Shown here: piece by piece, positions 23,489-36,000 of the stretch
Layout of the letters: each line of letters starts with the position of its first letter
Numbering within the stretch: position 1 is the first letter of the stretch
DNA from: Raillietiella orientalis
Lineage: Eukaryota
Length of the DNA: 64,000 nucleotides
NCBI GenBank assembly: GCA_036172245.1
Contig: JAYWIR010000068.1
Span: forward strand, 62,001 to 126,000
Direction of reading: 5' to 3'
The notes under the pieces: generated by a model
Database searches by the model: none
What the model saw: only the letters and a program-made list of their open reading frames with translations
What the model was told of the DNA's origin: nothing
Made by a program: the position numbers and the translations under genes

Positions 23489-24559
23489 ATGCTTTCGCCG
23501 ACGGAGCGCTGCCGCCTGGCCGTCGTCGCGCTCTTCCTGCTGGTCGGCGACCGGGCGACCACCGCTGCTGCTTCGAGCCTGCCCAACTGCCAGGACGCCA
23601 ACGCGCGATGCCTCTACAGCGACGCCTGCCGCCACGCGGTGCAGCAGTTCCACAGCCTGTGCGAGGACGTGGTCAGCGGCCGCTGGAAGCACTGCACGAC
23701 GCCCTGCCGCGATGCCACCATCGTGCTGCTAGCGGGCACGGAGGAAGGACGTTCTCTATGGGATGTGCGTATCTCTCTTTTTGATTTTTTGTTTTTGTTT
23801 GTTTGTTTTGGAAGGGGACGGGAACTGTTCTTCTTCCCCTCTTACTCCTCTCTTCTCCTCCTCCCCTCCTCCTCTTCCCTTCTCCGTCTTCCCCTCTTCC
23901 CTTCCTTGTCCTCCTCCTTCCCCCTCTTCTTTTCCCCTTCCACCGCTGCCCCTTTCCCCCGAGTCGGTCGGTACGAGAGGAGATCACCAGTGCCTTCGTC
24001 TGACCCCCAGTGCCGCTGTGAAGACGAGGGTTGCGAGGAGATCAAGCGGGGCGTGGAAGTCTGCCGTGCGCCGGTCCTCCGGCAGCTCCGCAACGACAGC
24101 AGCGTCCCTTGGGGGTGTGGTCCGGCTCACGCCTTCTGCGAGGCGGACCCCGTGTGCGCGGAGGCGCTGCACTACTACTTCTTCAACTGCCGCGCTATGA
24201 TCCGCGGGAGACAGTGCTCCAACCGCTGCCTCAACTCCATCTCCATCCTCTCCCGCCAGAAGCACGCTGTCCACCTGCTCACCTGCGTCTGCGACGGCAC
24301 GGAGGCCTTCAAGTGCAGCAGGGTGCAGCAGAACACGCTGCGCTTGTGCTACCCGAGCAAGGCACGGCACCGCCAGCCCGCGGCCGTCGCTCCCGCGGCG
24401 GCGGAGCCTCCGGGCGCCATCCGGACCGTCGGCGGCAGCAGCGATGGAGGGCCTCCGCCGCCCTCCGCGACTGCCGGTCGGGGCGGCCCTTGGGCGGGCC
24501 GCGCGCCTTCGACTGCCCTCCTCGTCCTCGCCGCGCTGCTCCTCCTGGTCCGCAGATGA
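23489..24559 (+). CDS. Gas1: Growth arrest-specific 1-like protein (two GDNF/GAS1 cysteine-rich domains, signal peptide, GPI-type tail), 274 aa
   Basis: Exons 23489-23764 and 24011-24559, phase-0 intron GTGCGT..CCCCAG. Hydrophobic N-terminus, CQDANARCLYSDAC...TEEGRSLWD|CRC and CEADPVCAEALHYY...CSNRCLNSISILSRQ...LLTCVCDG, hydrophobic C-terminus ALLVLAALLLLVRR. Confidence 0.88.
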   Translation: MLSPTERCRLAVVALFLLVGDRATTAAASSLPNCQDANARCLYSDACRHAVQQFHSLCEDVVSGRWKHCTTPCRDATIVLLAGTEEGRSLWDVRISLFDFLFLFVCFGRGRELFFFPSYSSLLLLPSSSSLLRLPLFPSLSSSFPLFFSPSTAAPFPRVGRYERRSPVPSSDPQCRCEDEGCEEIKRGVEVCRAPVLRQLRNDSSVPWGCGPAHAFCEADPVCAEALHYYFFNCRAMIRGRQCSNRCLNSISILSRQKHAVHLLTCVCDGTEAFKCSRVQQNTLRLCYPSKARHRQPAAVAPAAAEPPGAIRTVGGSSDGGPPPPSATAGRGGPWAGRAPSTALLVLAALLLLVRR

Positions 24560-25639
24560 AACCGGGAAGCACCTGCGCCCCGGCCCAAAGCGCCCCGCGA
24601 GTTGAGTCCCCGTGGGTGGCGCTACGCCGCTTGTTTCCTGGTCACCCGGAGACAGCGACAGCGGAAGCGCCGACGGAGGAGGAGGAGGAAGAGGCGCGTC
24701 GCCTTACTTAGCGCCAGCGTTCGTCCCGCCGGCACCTCCCCAGCGCCGCCAGTGGAAGGAAGGAAGGAGAGAGAGAAAAGAAGGAGCCCAGGGCACTCGT
24801 GGCATCGCCCCGCGGTGCGAGAGCGAGTTCCCCACCCGCCTCGCGGTTCCGCCAGCCGCGACCAAACTGCTGATGAAATGTCAAGAAATCTCCATAGCAG
24901 CAACAGCAGCTCCTGCTGCTTCTTGTGTTTTTTGGAGGGGGGATTGGAGGGAGGGGAGGGAGGGGAAGTCGCCCTGGGGCGAGTCCCATCCGCAGCATCG
25001 CAGTCTTCCACTCGCCCTGTGGCGAGTTTTTCTCCCGATCTTCGGAGGGGTCGGCGCCGCGCCGGATTCCCCGCCCTGCCCGAGGCACCGGGGCCCGAAA
25101 GACCATGGAAGGGGGAGCGTTGGGAGCGAAGCCGGGGAAGGGACGGAAAGGATTTCCCCTCCCCTCAGCCCCGATGTCCCGCGGGATGCCGAGAAAGGGG
25201 AGAGGCGCGCGCTCCCGGAGATGGAAATCCTTTCAAGCGTCTCCTCACGGTCTGCTGGTTGCCCCGGCGACCGAGGGGGCCGTGGGGAAGAGCTCAGCGT
25301 TAACGGTTGGCTGCGCGGGGCACGTCGGCGGGGATGCGAGGGAACGGGAAGGAGCAGGGCGCGGTCGGCTTCCGCCGACTCCCCGCAGGTGGGCGCGCCG
25401 CCGCCGCCCGCCCGCCGCACGTCCGAGGCTGCCGCGAACTCGCTAAGGTGACCCCGCGCTGCGCGTGCTGGGAGGGCGCAGGCGCCCCGGTCGCATGCAC
25501 CGGGCAAGGGGGGTGGGGGGGCAAATGAAGAAACGGGCGGAGGAGGGGCGTCTTGCTAGGACCTGGCAGGAAGGGAAGTCCCCCAGAGGGCTCGTCGTTT
25601 GCGGGGTCGCCGTCTCTCCTTCGGATGCTCTAGGCAGCC

Positions 25640-25870
25640 TCCTCCTCCTCACCGCTGCCGCCACCACTCCACCTACCTCCGTGATCACCAACAACACCTC
25701 ACCTACTTTGTGACCACCTCCACGCCTACCTCTGTGTTCACCAACACCGTTACCACCAACACTGCCACCATCAGTACCACTACCATTACCATCATCATGA
25801 CTGCCAGCACCATGGCTTTCTCACCTGATTCTGGTGATTGTCAGCAGCAGCAGCACCACCACCACCGCCG
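25640..25870. repeat. Low-complexity ACC/CAG triplet-rich tract
   Basis: Degenerate (ACC)n with a short (CAG)n(CAC)n run at about 25842-25866. Confidence 0.6.
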
Positions 25871-27232
25871 CAACCATCTGCTACGGCCGCCACGATTTAC
25901 GCGTCTCCCGCGACGGGACGCGCCACTGGTACTCGGAGGTCTTTCTGCGAAGGAGACCGGCAAGCTCAGCGGAAGGGCAGACGAGGGGGACAGGAGGCCT
26001 CTTCGCACCTCACATCCCGGGGTCGGGTGTGGGGACCGATCTCTGGCACCTCTGTTTTCCTACTCCTCCTCTCCCCGTTCTTCGGAAGCCGGTGTTGGAT
26101 GTCCCGATGCGAGGGAAGGAGTCGCAGGTGACCTGCAGCCCCCTGCCCTTGCCTCTTTCGTGCCCACTCTTGGTTACGGCACCGTCCTCTGGGTTCCTAC
26201 AGGCGCCGGCGCCCTTGGTAACCAACGACAGCTCGATGTCGACTCGCCTGGAGCCATCGTCCGACGGCCTCCGAAAACGGAGGACTGGTTCCCTCCCTCC
26301 TCTTCCCCTGTTCAGGCGCCACAGCAGCGTCAGCAGCCTCTATGAGGAAGAGAGGAACGCGCAGGGACGGATGCACCGCGCCCTTTCGCGAATGCCCAGG
26401 AGCTTCCTCGAGCCACACCTGCCACCACCGACCGGGCGGGTCGCAGGCTTCCCGTTGCTGGCGGGACGCGCGCCCACTCCAGGGGAGGCTGCACTCTTCC
26501 CCCCGTCAGGCGGCAAGCAGGATCCCTGGCACCGGCTCCTCGCCCGGAATGCCGGGAGCGGAGAAGCCGCTGCTGCGCTGCTAGCAAAGGAGGGAGGGAG
26601 GGAGGGAGGGAAGCGGAAAAGACGAGTTGCCAGGCCGTTGGGGACATCCCCTTCCTCCCTCCCTTTCGCCTCTTTGCAGCGCTACCCTCTCAACCAGAAC
26701 CTTCTCTTGGAATCAAACCGTGAAGACGAAGAGCAGCAAGGCGCTCACCCGGGAGGCTGAGGGACGAATCTCCCCTTGTGTGGGAAAAGGGGTGCCCAAA
26801 GGTGTGTCTTCATCCCTTTCTTGTTTCCGCACGCGAGAGGAGCCCTTCCCTTTCTCAGCCGAAGAGGAACAGACGAAAGCAAACAAAAAGATAGGAGAAA
26901 AGCAGGAAAAGGAAGGTCGCAACAGTTCGCAGCCTCTTCAGGGAAAGAGCACCGTGCGCGCGGCGACCGCTCCATCCCATCCCTTCCTCCCTCCGTGCGC
27001 ATTCCTTGTTCTTGCTTAATCGAACGCGAAATTGGAACTCTCTCCGTCCGGGACAAGTGGTCCAGCCTTTTCCGCGGCGTTTTATTTTTCCCTCCTCAGA
27101 ACGCTCCTTTCAACGAGGACCTCCCGATGATCGCAATTTTAAACTTTCCAAATAAACAATCGAAATGTTGACAGCACCCGCGAGCACGTCGACGAGCGCG
27201 TGGAGCACGGCGAGAGCTGGAGGAGGAGGAGG

Positions 27233-27254
27233 GGAGAGAGAGAGAGAGAGAGAG
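27233..27254. repeat. (GA)n microsatellite
   Basis: Run of about ten GA dinucleotides. Confidence 0.8.
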
Positions 27255-30200
27255 GAGGAAGAGGAAAAGGGTTCCTGCGCGCGGAAGGGAGCGGGGAGAG
27301 AAATCCTTCGGAAGCGTCGTGCCCAACGCCCGCGCGCGAAACGATCAGTAATTGCGATTAAGACACTCGAAACTGGAGAGGGGGAACCCACTGGCATTCC
27401 AAGCAGAGAAAACAATGGGCCCGACCGAGCGGCCGGCCACCTCCTGGTCTCCCCCTCTCCGTCCACCCTCGACGTCTACCGGCGACCTGACGTTCGCTCC
27501 GCATGTGTCGAAAGCGCAAACTCCCACGTACCCTCGGAATTTTTTCCGGATGAGCAGCGGAGGATCGACGGCAACCCGAGGGCGACCCGTCGGGAATCCC
27601 TCTCCTGGAGAGCGGGAGACGGGAAAACATGGCAGCATCAGGAAAAGGCCCGCGTCAGCAGCCCGTGGCCCAGCTGGTGGCGCGTCAGAAAATCACAACA
27701 GTGGGAGGTGGAAAAACACTCTCCTCTCTCTTTCTTTCTCTTTCCCTCTCCCTCTCCTTGGAATCACCTTCTGTTCCCGAAAACCGGAGCAGACGAGTTT
27801 CGGGGGGGGGGGGGGGGAAGCACGGTGTGGGTCGCGTTGGAAACCACCGACAAGCCCAGCGCATTGTGGAGGGAAAAAAAAGAAAGGAAGAAGAAGAAGG
27901 GGGGGGGGGAAAGGGAGCCAAGGATGACAAAAGACAAAGTATCTGAGCTGGACTTTGAAAACCACTTCGTAGGCAGGCTGCTGACACACACCAGTCGGAC
28001 GACGTGTTGCGCACTTCCGACGGCGCGCTTCCGCCGTCCCAATCGCCTCCCAACGGCGCGCGCGCTCCGTTTCCATGACATCCGGATGCGGCGGACGGAC
28101 GGGACTCCTCCCGCGTGCGATCTCTCCGCCGAATCCGTCATGATTTACCCTCCTCGGTTTCGCCTCCTGTGGGCACCACCGAGCTCCGCGCTTCGGCACG
28201 GTTCGAAATTTCCATGTGCGATAAATAAAAATTCCCTCCGTCCTCCCCCCCGACGTGACGTTACCTTTCGGCACGCGTGGCGACCGCTTCCCCGGGCTGC
28301 TTTACAAAGTTGCATTTCGCACATGCAGTGGTGATTGCCGAACGGTATCCAACGGTGATCGCTCGTCGCGGCGCGTCCCGAGAAGGGTAATCCCACGCAC
28401 CGTTCGCGCACGCCGGGAACAAAGGTGAAAAGTGGATCAGAGATGCACAAAGAGCCGTGCGTCGGGGCAAGACAAGTGCTAATTTGAGGCGCGAGTGGTG
28501 GTGCGAAGGAAAAGACAAAAGGGAGGGGCGCCCCGGGAAGCGTCGCCGCGAAACCGACCGTGCGCGCAGAAGGAAAACGGCGCACGCCCGGACCCATCGC
28601 GGAGCTCGGCGACCGCCGAACTGGCGCGGGTTTGTGCCGATCTCGCAGGAAGGAGGAAGGAGCAGCAGCAGGCTGATTTCATTTGTGTGCGCGCGCGTCT
28701 GCTCGACCTCGCAGCCGTGTGGGTCACCGCCATGCTCGTGCCACTTCGCATCGGAACGGAACGGTGAGTTTGAAAGAGAACGGCGGTGCCTCGCGCGGCC
28801 ATCGCAGGGGGGCGCCTTCGCGAAGCGACCTGCGCCGGGCCGGCCGGACCGGAAATGCTAACCGAGGCAGGACGGGCACCAGTTCTACGCCCTACGCCAC
28901 GCAACACCTCCACAGGAAGGGGAAGAAAGAAAGACAGAAAACAAACGGCACGACAGTCCTTTTTTTTTTTTCTTTTTTTTTTTTCGGTTGGTGTTTTTGT
29001 TTCGAGAGAGGAGGAGAAGGAGCGCGAAACGACCGTTGCTGCCTCGGCGTGCGGTCACATCGAACTCCTCGCGCGCTTCCGTAGGAATAGGGACGACATC
29101 GGACGCGACGAGAGAAAGCCTCGGACGCCCCGGTGGCGGCTTGCGGATGGGCATCCCCTCCTCCTCTGCCCCGTCGTCCTGTTCCGTTGCTCCTCTCCCT
29201 CGAAGGATTCCCTAGCTGAAGAAGAAAGCAGCTCGGGGCCTCAGGCTGCCCGCGTCCGCAGCGGCGCCACCCTCGATGAGAGCGACCGACGTGCATCGAA
29301 GTGCGGCGGAGGAAGGGCTGAAGGGGTGGGTGGGACGCCAGCTGTCCGCGCGCGAGAGCGCTGCTCTCACGGAGAGCCGCTGGAGGTCATCTCCGCCCCG
29401 GGCGACTCTCGCTGGAAGGCGGGAAAGATCGAGCTGCCCAGCCTCTGCTGGCTCTCCCGCTCGAGTCCCTTGTGCACAGAGAGGCCTCTTCCGTCTGTGA
29501 TACCGGTCCCGCCACTCCCCGCGGGACAACCGTAGGGTTCCTGCGTTGGAGTAGGCCTCGCCTCCGCCCTGTCCCGTCCTTGCCTGGCCCCCGGCCGGAT
29601 GCACCTTGGCTCCGTTGCCCGGGGGCAAGCGGCGCGAAGCCAGAGGGCTGCTGGGGCCTTGACCGCTTCCTCGTTGACTCAGTGATCCTTCGAGGAGGAG
29701 GAGAGGGAACTTCTTCCCTCCTTCCCCCGTCGTCTTCCACCGCCGAGTGCCCCCGCGCAGACAGGGAGGGCAGCGGTGCTCTCGAGAGGCGTTGGGAAGT
29801 CGCGGAGGAGGTGGCGTGTTCTGGTCCGGAAGTGCCGCGACCCCCTCCTTTTCCCCGGAGTTGCGAATCGGGATGCCTGGAGAGCCTTCCCGTCCTTCGT
29901 CATCCGAGGATGGCCGTCGTCGTGGCAATCCGATCGTGAGGGAAGCTCCGTGCGGAAGGACCGATCTTCGCCCGTCCTGCCTGCTGCCTGGTTTCACGTC
30001 CGATGCAGCCCGCAGTCGCGCGTTCTCGGAGGGCTCCTGCCGGCGACCCTTTGCTGCGCCCGGGGTTCCCTGGGCGGAGAGCGCGTTTCCCGGTGGTCGG
30101 AAATTGTCGCGACCCTTGAGAGCGTCTCGCGTTCCAGCGGGTTCGCCCTCGAGGCGCAAGTCCCGCGCCCCTGCACTCTCCGGCCGCGCGGGAAGAAGCG

Positions 30201-31291
30201 AGGTGCGCCGCTCCGTCCAGCCCCGCGGTCGTCGCTGCGAGAATGCCGCAAGAGGGCAGTTACGTCCGCAGGGGCCAGCGAACCCTGGGCAGCGCCGTGG
30301 GTTGACCGTTTCTGTCTTTCGTCCCTCCAGGCCGCAGTGACCCTGCTCCGCCCGAGAAGCAGCTCGCAGGCTCGCTACTGTTGCGGCCGTTATGGCGACG
30401 CAGATGCACGTGCGGATCCAAGGCAAGATGGGCAGGCTCCTGAAAATCGGTCCAGATGATGGCCGCGCGCGCCCTTGGGAAGTTTTTGAGGAGGGGAAAG
30501 CGCGGAGCCGTGGTCCTTTCTCTCTTTCCCACCAGCAGTCCGCCCCCTTTCTTGGCTTACGGCGTAATGACTTGCACTAAAACCGGTCGGTCGCCCGTCA
30601 GCCTCTGGATCCCCTCGAAGAGACCTTCCCCTCGGCATGCTCGTTCCGCCCGCTTCCATGGAGACGAGCCTCCACGAGCGCGAGCATGACCACAAGGTGC
30701 CCCTCGGCGGCGCCTCGAATCCAAGGAGCGACAGCATGGGGGCGCCGCGAGCTGCTCAGAAACGTCTCCGCCAGTGGGGGCTGCGGCCAGGTCTCGCGAC
30801 ATTTTGCTACGCGTGCGCACGCACATCGCACACGTTTGCGCCGACGCGCGTGCATCGTCCTTCCATCGCAAGATCGAGGCGCGCACGTACACGGAACGAC
30901 GACGCGCACACCCGGACGCATGTGTGACACGTGCGTGCGAGCGCGTCTGCACGCCGTTGCCACAGGGTGGCGGGACAAATGTGCGGGTGGTTCGTCACCC
31001 TGGAGATCGAAAAAAAGGGAAGCAAATTTGCTTCCCTCTTTTTCGTGCCGCAGCATAGGGATGTGGAAATGAATGCGCGCGTGACCAGCGGGCGAAGGGA
31101 CGGAGCCGAGCAGATGAGGTGATGTCGTCAGGGAATCCAGGAACCGGGATTGTGCGAGAGTGCGTTTCCGGGAAGGTCGCGGCAGAGTGGCTTCGACTCG
31201 GCAGGGAAAACGGAGCAGCTGATGCGCACAGCTCGAGACTCGAACGGAACGCGAAGACCAGACGGGCGCTTGGATCGGCGGTGACTGGCGA

Positions 31292-31305
31292 CTGCCATCT
31301 AGTGG
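31292..31305 (-). promoter_or_regulatory. CTCF-like motif
   Basis: Minus strand reads CCACTAGATGGCAG, matching the CCASYAGRKGGCRS core. Motif match only. Confidence 0.4.
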
Positions 31306-32887
31306 CGGAAGGAGGAAGCCGATCAGTTCGATCTCCACGGGATCAGGTGGCGGTGTTTTTTTTTTTTTTTTTTTTTTTAACACACCTTAAGCGCGCACAC
31401 AATCCTTTCCTTCCACGTTGAATTGTGTAGGTGAGATAAACCACATGCTTCGAATGGCTTCCATTGAACCACGCACTCACGCAGGCCTCCGGACGGTGTC
31501 ATTTTTTCGTGAAGGGAATCGAGAGCAGAGCTATCCCGCTCCCGCAAGCGTGCCCGGTCAAAGGCAAACATTCAAATAAGTGCGAACCAAGGAAAGACTG
31601 CAAAGAGACTGCCTTTGATTGGAGTCTTTCCGTTACTTTTCTTTTGGAGAATGAAGCACCCGGAAACTTGAGGTTCGGTTTAGGTAAAAGAAGTCGCGGT
31701 CAGGTCTTTACCATCGATTCGAGCTCACCGAACGGCGAAAAGACTCCCGACCGTCTTCCCGTGCGAACAGTGCCGGGGGCTTTTTAAAATGGTCAGTAGG
31801 CTCTTGCAGCTTTCCGTCTACTTGCGCCGTTTTATGCGGAAGGTTCAATAAACACCATCTTAAAAGGACTGAGAGTAATAACAGGAGAGCCGAGAGTAAC
31901 CCATCTTCAAAGGATCACACAGTGGTTGAGTGATCCTGATTGCTATCACAGCAGAAGGGATCTGGAAGAGCAGCCTTTCCCCCTTATCTGTCTCCTTTTT
32001 TTTTCGCGCATTCTTTTTGAACGCATGAAAAGATCACCAGAAATTGTCTGCGCTCATGCCATCATAACATACAGATGGCGATTCGACGCATGTGATTATT
32101 TCTACCATTATATATTCAGCAATTATTTTCTCATGCTACGAAAATAAATCGGGCCGGCGTCGTTTTGTATGCTTTCCCGGATCTTCTTTCCCGTATCCTC
32201 TCTGCCCTGATAAGAATCTGGCCTCCATGTTTGAGCCCAAAAGGAAAGATCATTTGGAAATAAAAGGTTTTGGAATTCTGTCTGATAAATTTTATTCCTC
32301 GGGTGTGCCAAGGAAGAAAGGAATATGGGCTTCAGACGCAAGAGTAGAACCGACTCGTGGTGAAAATTTTGCTTCGCTTGATGCTCTTGAAAGAGTTTGG
32401 TTGCTCCTCCGAAAATTCAGTTGTCCGCCACCACTCGGTAAGATCCAAAACGAATTCTGTTGTCCCTTTGGTTTTTCTGACCACGCCAAGGACGCTGGCA
32501 GCCACTGCTGTCCACGCTGGTGTAGTTTTCTAAGGCCATTTCGCTTTTCCATCGTTTCTGGTGCAAGTCACATTGAGCTTTCAGCGAAGGACGAAATTCA
32601 ATCTTTTGTTTTGTTTCATTTTTTGTTTTTTGTTTTCCAGATGAACAAGGTGCCTTCAGGTTCCACGTCAAAACATCTGGTTACTAGCAAACAACCGAGT
32701 ACGTTATCTGTTCTTCAGCTTCCGAACCAGACACAATACTAACAGCAGCGCATTTTTGCTGTGAGAACGTGATCTATCTATAGAACCGCGGATCTATAGA
32801 ACATGTGATCTGCCTGCATCACAAACATAATAGACGTATTTAGAATCAATATTTGTTGACGGATCCGCACCGGCGGTGCACCTGCAG

Positions 32888-33024
32888 CATTGTCGACACG
32901 TTTTGCGGATCCGCACCATTGTCGACACGTTTCGCGGATCCACACCATTGTCGACACGTTTCGCGGATCCGCACCATTGTCGACACGTTTCGCGGATCCA
33001 CACCATTGTCGACACGTTTTGCGG
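32888..33024. repeat. 29-bp minisatellite, about 4.7 copies
   Basis: Unit CATTGTCGACACGTTT(C/T)GCGGATCC(G/A)CAC starting at 32888, 32917, 32946, 32975, 33004. Confidence 0.95.
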
Positions 33025-36000
33025 CATTGCAACGTGGATGCGATTGTGATCCGCACACGTGTCAATAATGCGCCACAGCGCACCAGCTAATTGCCGATGC
33101 GATTCTGCAAGTGCATGGTTTTTTTTTGTTTTTTGTTTTGTTATCGCGCAGTGTTTTTGATGCTGGTAACTGCTTACAGCTACATTTCTTGGAAATCAGC
33201 GTGTTCGGCGCGAATGCGGTGTGACCAAGTGGGTGAAGCATCTTTGAAGCACACTGATTTTTGTTTTCGTTTTTCCTTTTGGAACGCGCTGGTATGGTAT
33301 AAGGTATCCTTTTTCGTAACTGACAGCAAAAGTGAATAAAAAGGAGCGTGAGCAAAAATAGCTGCTTCCAGCAGCACCCGCCCTCTAACTTCGCATTTCG
33401 GTGTGCTAACCGCGAGCCTGGCAAATCAACGTCGTGTCCGTCGTTCGTCAGGAAGTTCCCGAAGGTCCCGTGGCCATGGCAGTTGCAATCGACGCGGCTC
33501 CAGCGGAGGCTGAAACAAATTCGCACGCAGAAATCGGCGAATAGGTGGCGTGTGGCACTTCCGTGCCTGAAAAACGTTTCGTCTAGAAGACGAGCAAGGT
33601 TGAAGACGTTGTCGATTTGTGCTGTACATTTGTGTCATGTTTTATGCATGAGGTTTTGTTTCTTTCATCGTTTTTTTTTTTTTTTGTTTTGATTTTTCAA
33701 TTCTATCCCGAGACTTTTCTGAAATCTAGCAGCGACAGCTCAATTATTTTGAAGTCAGCACGATGGTAGCTACTTCGTTCCTTTTTATTTTTTTTTGTGG
33801 CGAGGGAAAGATTGCAGAGAAACCTCTCTTCCACCAACCCTTTCAAAAAGCAGGTTGAGCTCCGAATTGAAGCAATAAAACAACTTAGTGGGACTGAGTG
33901 AAAAATACACTGGTTCCCGCCATCTTCATGCATAGACGGTATGGGATTCAACGCTGAAACCTGAAGACCCTTTAAACGCAACGAGGGTGAAAATCTCCAA
34001 AAAAAAAAAAAAAATAGCACAAGACAGACTAATATTCAAATCACTCGCTTTGAGCATGCAAACATAGGAGAAGCTGAGTTCACACCGGGAGGAAAGAATA
34101 GGGAGATGCTACAACATGCGGGGGAGCACAGGCAGGGGCTTCGTGCACTTGATCTTTGCAGGGCAAGATCCATCTGACATCGAACAAGGTGGCTCAGGGC
34201 ATGCCGCAGCCATTCAGCTAGTTTCGAGCCGGCAAAGCGACCGGTGTTGAGAAGCGATGCCCGTTCCATCCTGGAGCATCCATCGATCTCGCCTATCAGC
34301 ATGAACACAGACGGGAAAAAGCATCGGACCGTCGAAACGGAACAAGGCCGCGGCCCGAGCTGAAAGATGGCGCGCTCTGACTCAAGTTTCGGTTTCCACG
34401 TTCGTGCTTTTCGTCGCGTGCGGTGAGCGCCGTCTTCAGCCTGGCTCGGTCTCATCCACTTGGATGCCACCGGGCTTGTTGGCATTTCCGAGCGACCCGC
34501 CCTCGCTGCTGAGGCCGACGAAACGTGAACCGCTGCCGTGGCTTGCGGCAGTGCCATCAGTAATCTTCAGAGTGGGGAATGCAGGTGTGTGTGGACGCAC
34601 TGTCAAGAGGTCTCGCTGCTGTCGGTTGCTGAGCACTGCGGCTCCACTTCCCCTTTCTGGCACCCGGCTGTTGAAAAGATTCGCTTGCGCCACAAGCGGA
34701 TTCGGCTGCTGCAAGTCCGGTTCAGGTTCGAAGAATTCTGGAAGACTTCCTAACGCTTCGGGGAGTGCGTGCAAGTGGTCCACCGCTAAAGAGGTAAGGG
34801 AGAAGGAGGTACAAATGCAGACGTTCCCAAAGAAATGAGCCAGCCAGGCAGGTTTGAACCTGACGTGAATCTCACAAGTCTTGAACGGTGAAGCGAATGA
34901 GCTCTGCGGTTACCATCATCACCGTCGAAAGACTGGGACGCAAACGTGCGCTTTTTCATAAAGTGGGTGGAGGCAGAGGCGCACCCGGAGTCGACTGGAA
35001 AAACAACGTATGCTGCCACGAATCTTCGGCGGTGCAGCCTGCGACAGTGCCCAATCATTGCAGTTGCGTCCTTGCGGATCACCATGCTAAGGCATAGAGC
35101 GTGGGGCCGCCGGGCGATGACTTACCTGAAACGGAAATTTACAACTTGGCAGAAGATTTCCAGTGGAGAGACCCGGACACAGCTACAAGCACACGAAAGA
35201 AGCATTAACACTGTCGCTGCCCGAAAATTCCGGAAAAAGTTGGGCTCCCTGTCTGCTCTCGGAAGCCTCCTGCATAAAACTACGTGGGCACACCCCTGCC
35301 GTGTGCCGCGTCCGATCCCTGGCGCTTATCAGGAACGGCTGGTCGCTTCCTGCGTACGCCTCTGGTCCAGGAAAGAGGCGAATCAGCGACCGCACCGTGG
35401 TCTCGTCTCGCAGCCAGGCAGGTAAGCGAGGCGTAGAAACCGGATGGTGATCGGCATGTCGCGGGCGACATCTGCCACCACCAGAGGACGAGTGATCGGC
35501 AACTCGCAGATCGTCGATCTACGAGTTTCCGATCCCGGAATAAAGCGTGAGGGAAATCACCCGTTCGCCCTTCGACGTACTGCTCGGTGCTCTGGGGGTC
35601 CCCTCGACTGGGACTGCTTGGGGCGGGCACCGCATCCACACGCGCCCCGCGGGAATGCACATTCCCCCCGTACGCGCGGCGAAATTTGCAGATGGCTGCC
35701 GGAATCCCATCGCAGCCGCCTCTCAAGCACGTTTTTGACACGCGCATTGGATCAAGTGGTCAAAACACGTCATCCATGGCTTTGCCTTGAGTGTTTCGGG
35801 GGGGGAGGCTTCAGATACGATGCACCATGTGCGTGGAGCTTGATAAGATGTTCGGCTTTCACGACACTACTTGAAGCCTGTGAAGCGTAGGCGCCCGGAA
35901 TCCGGTGGATCGCGTAGCTGTCATCATCTTTCTTCTTGTTCTAAAGTGCTTTTTTTTCCTCTTCTTTCCCTTATTTAATAATTACGATTTTTGGTATGAC

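Noticed and set aside
25834..26760. 308-aa ORF with RRxS-like motifs
   Set aside because: No ATG near the start, no domain, no convincing splice structure; cannot be supported without expression data.
27165..30426. Long ORFs 27165..28334 and 29212..30426
   Set aside because: Arg/Pro/Gly-rich translations through microsatellites and homopolymer runs with no family motifs; expected from high GC.
32888..33024. CRISPR array (29-bp partly palindromic repeats)
   Set aside because: Units are directly adjacent with no unique spacers, there are no cas genes, and the context is eukaryotic.
34946..35010. Integrase-like peptide FFIKWVEAEA
   Set aside because: Single isolated motif without flanking integrase features.
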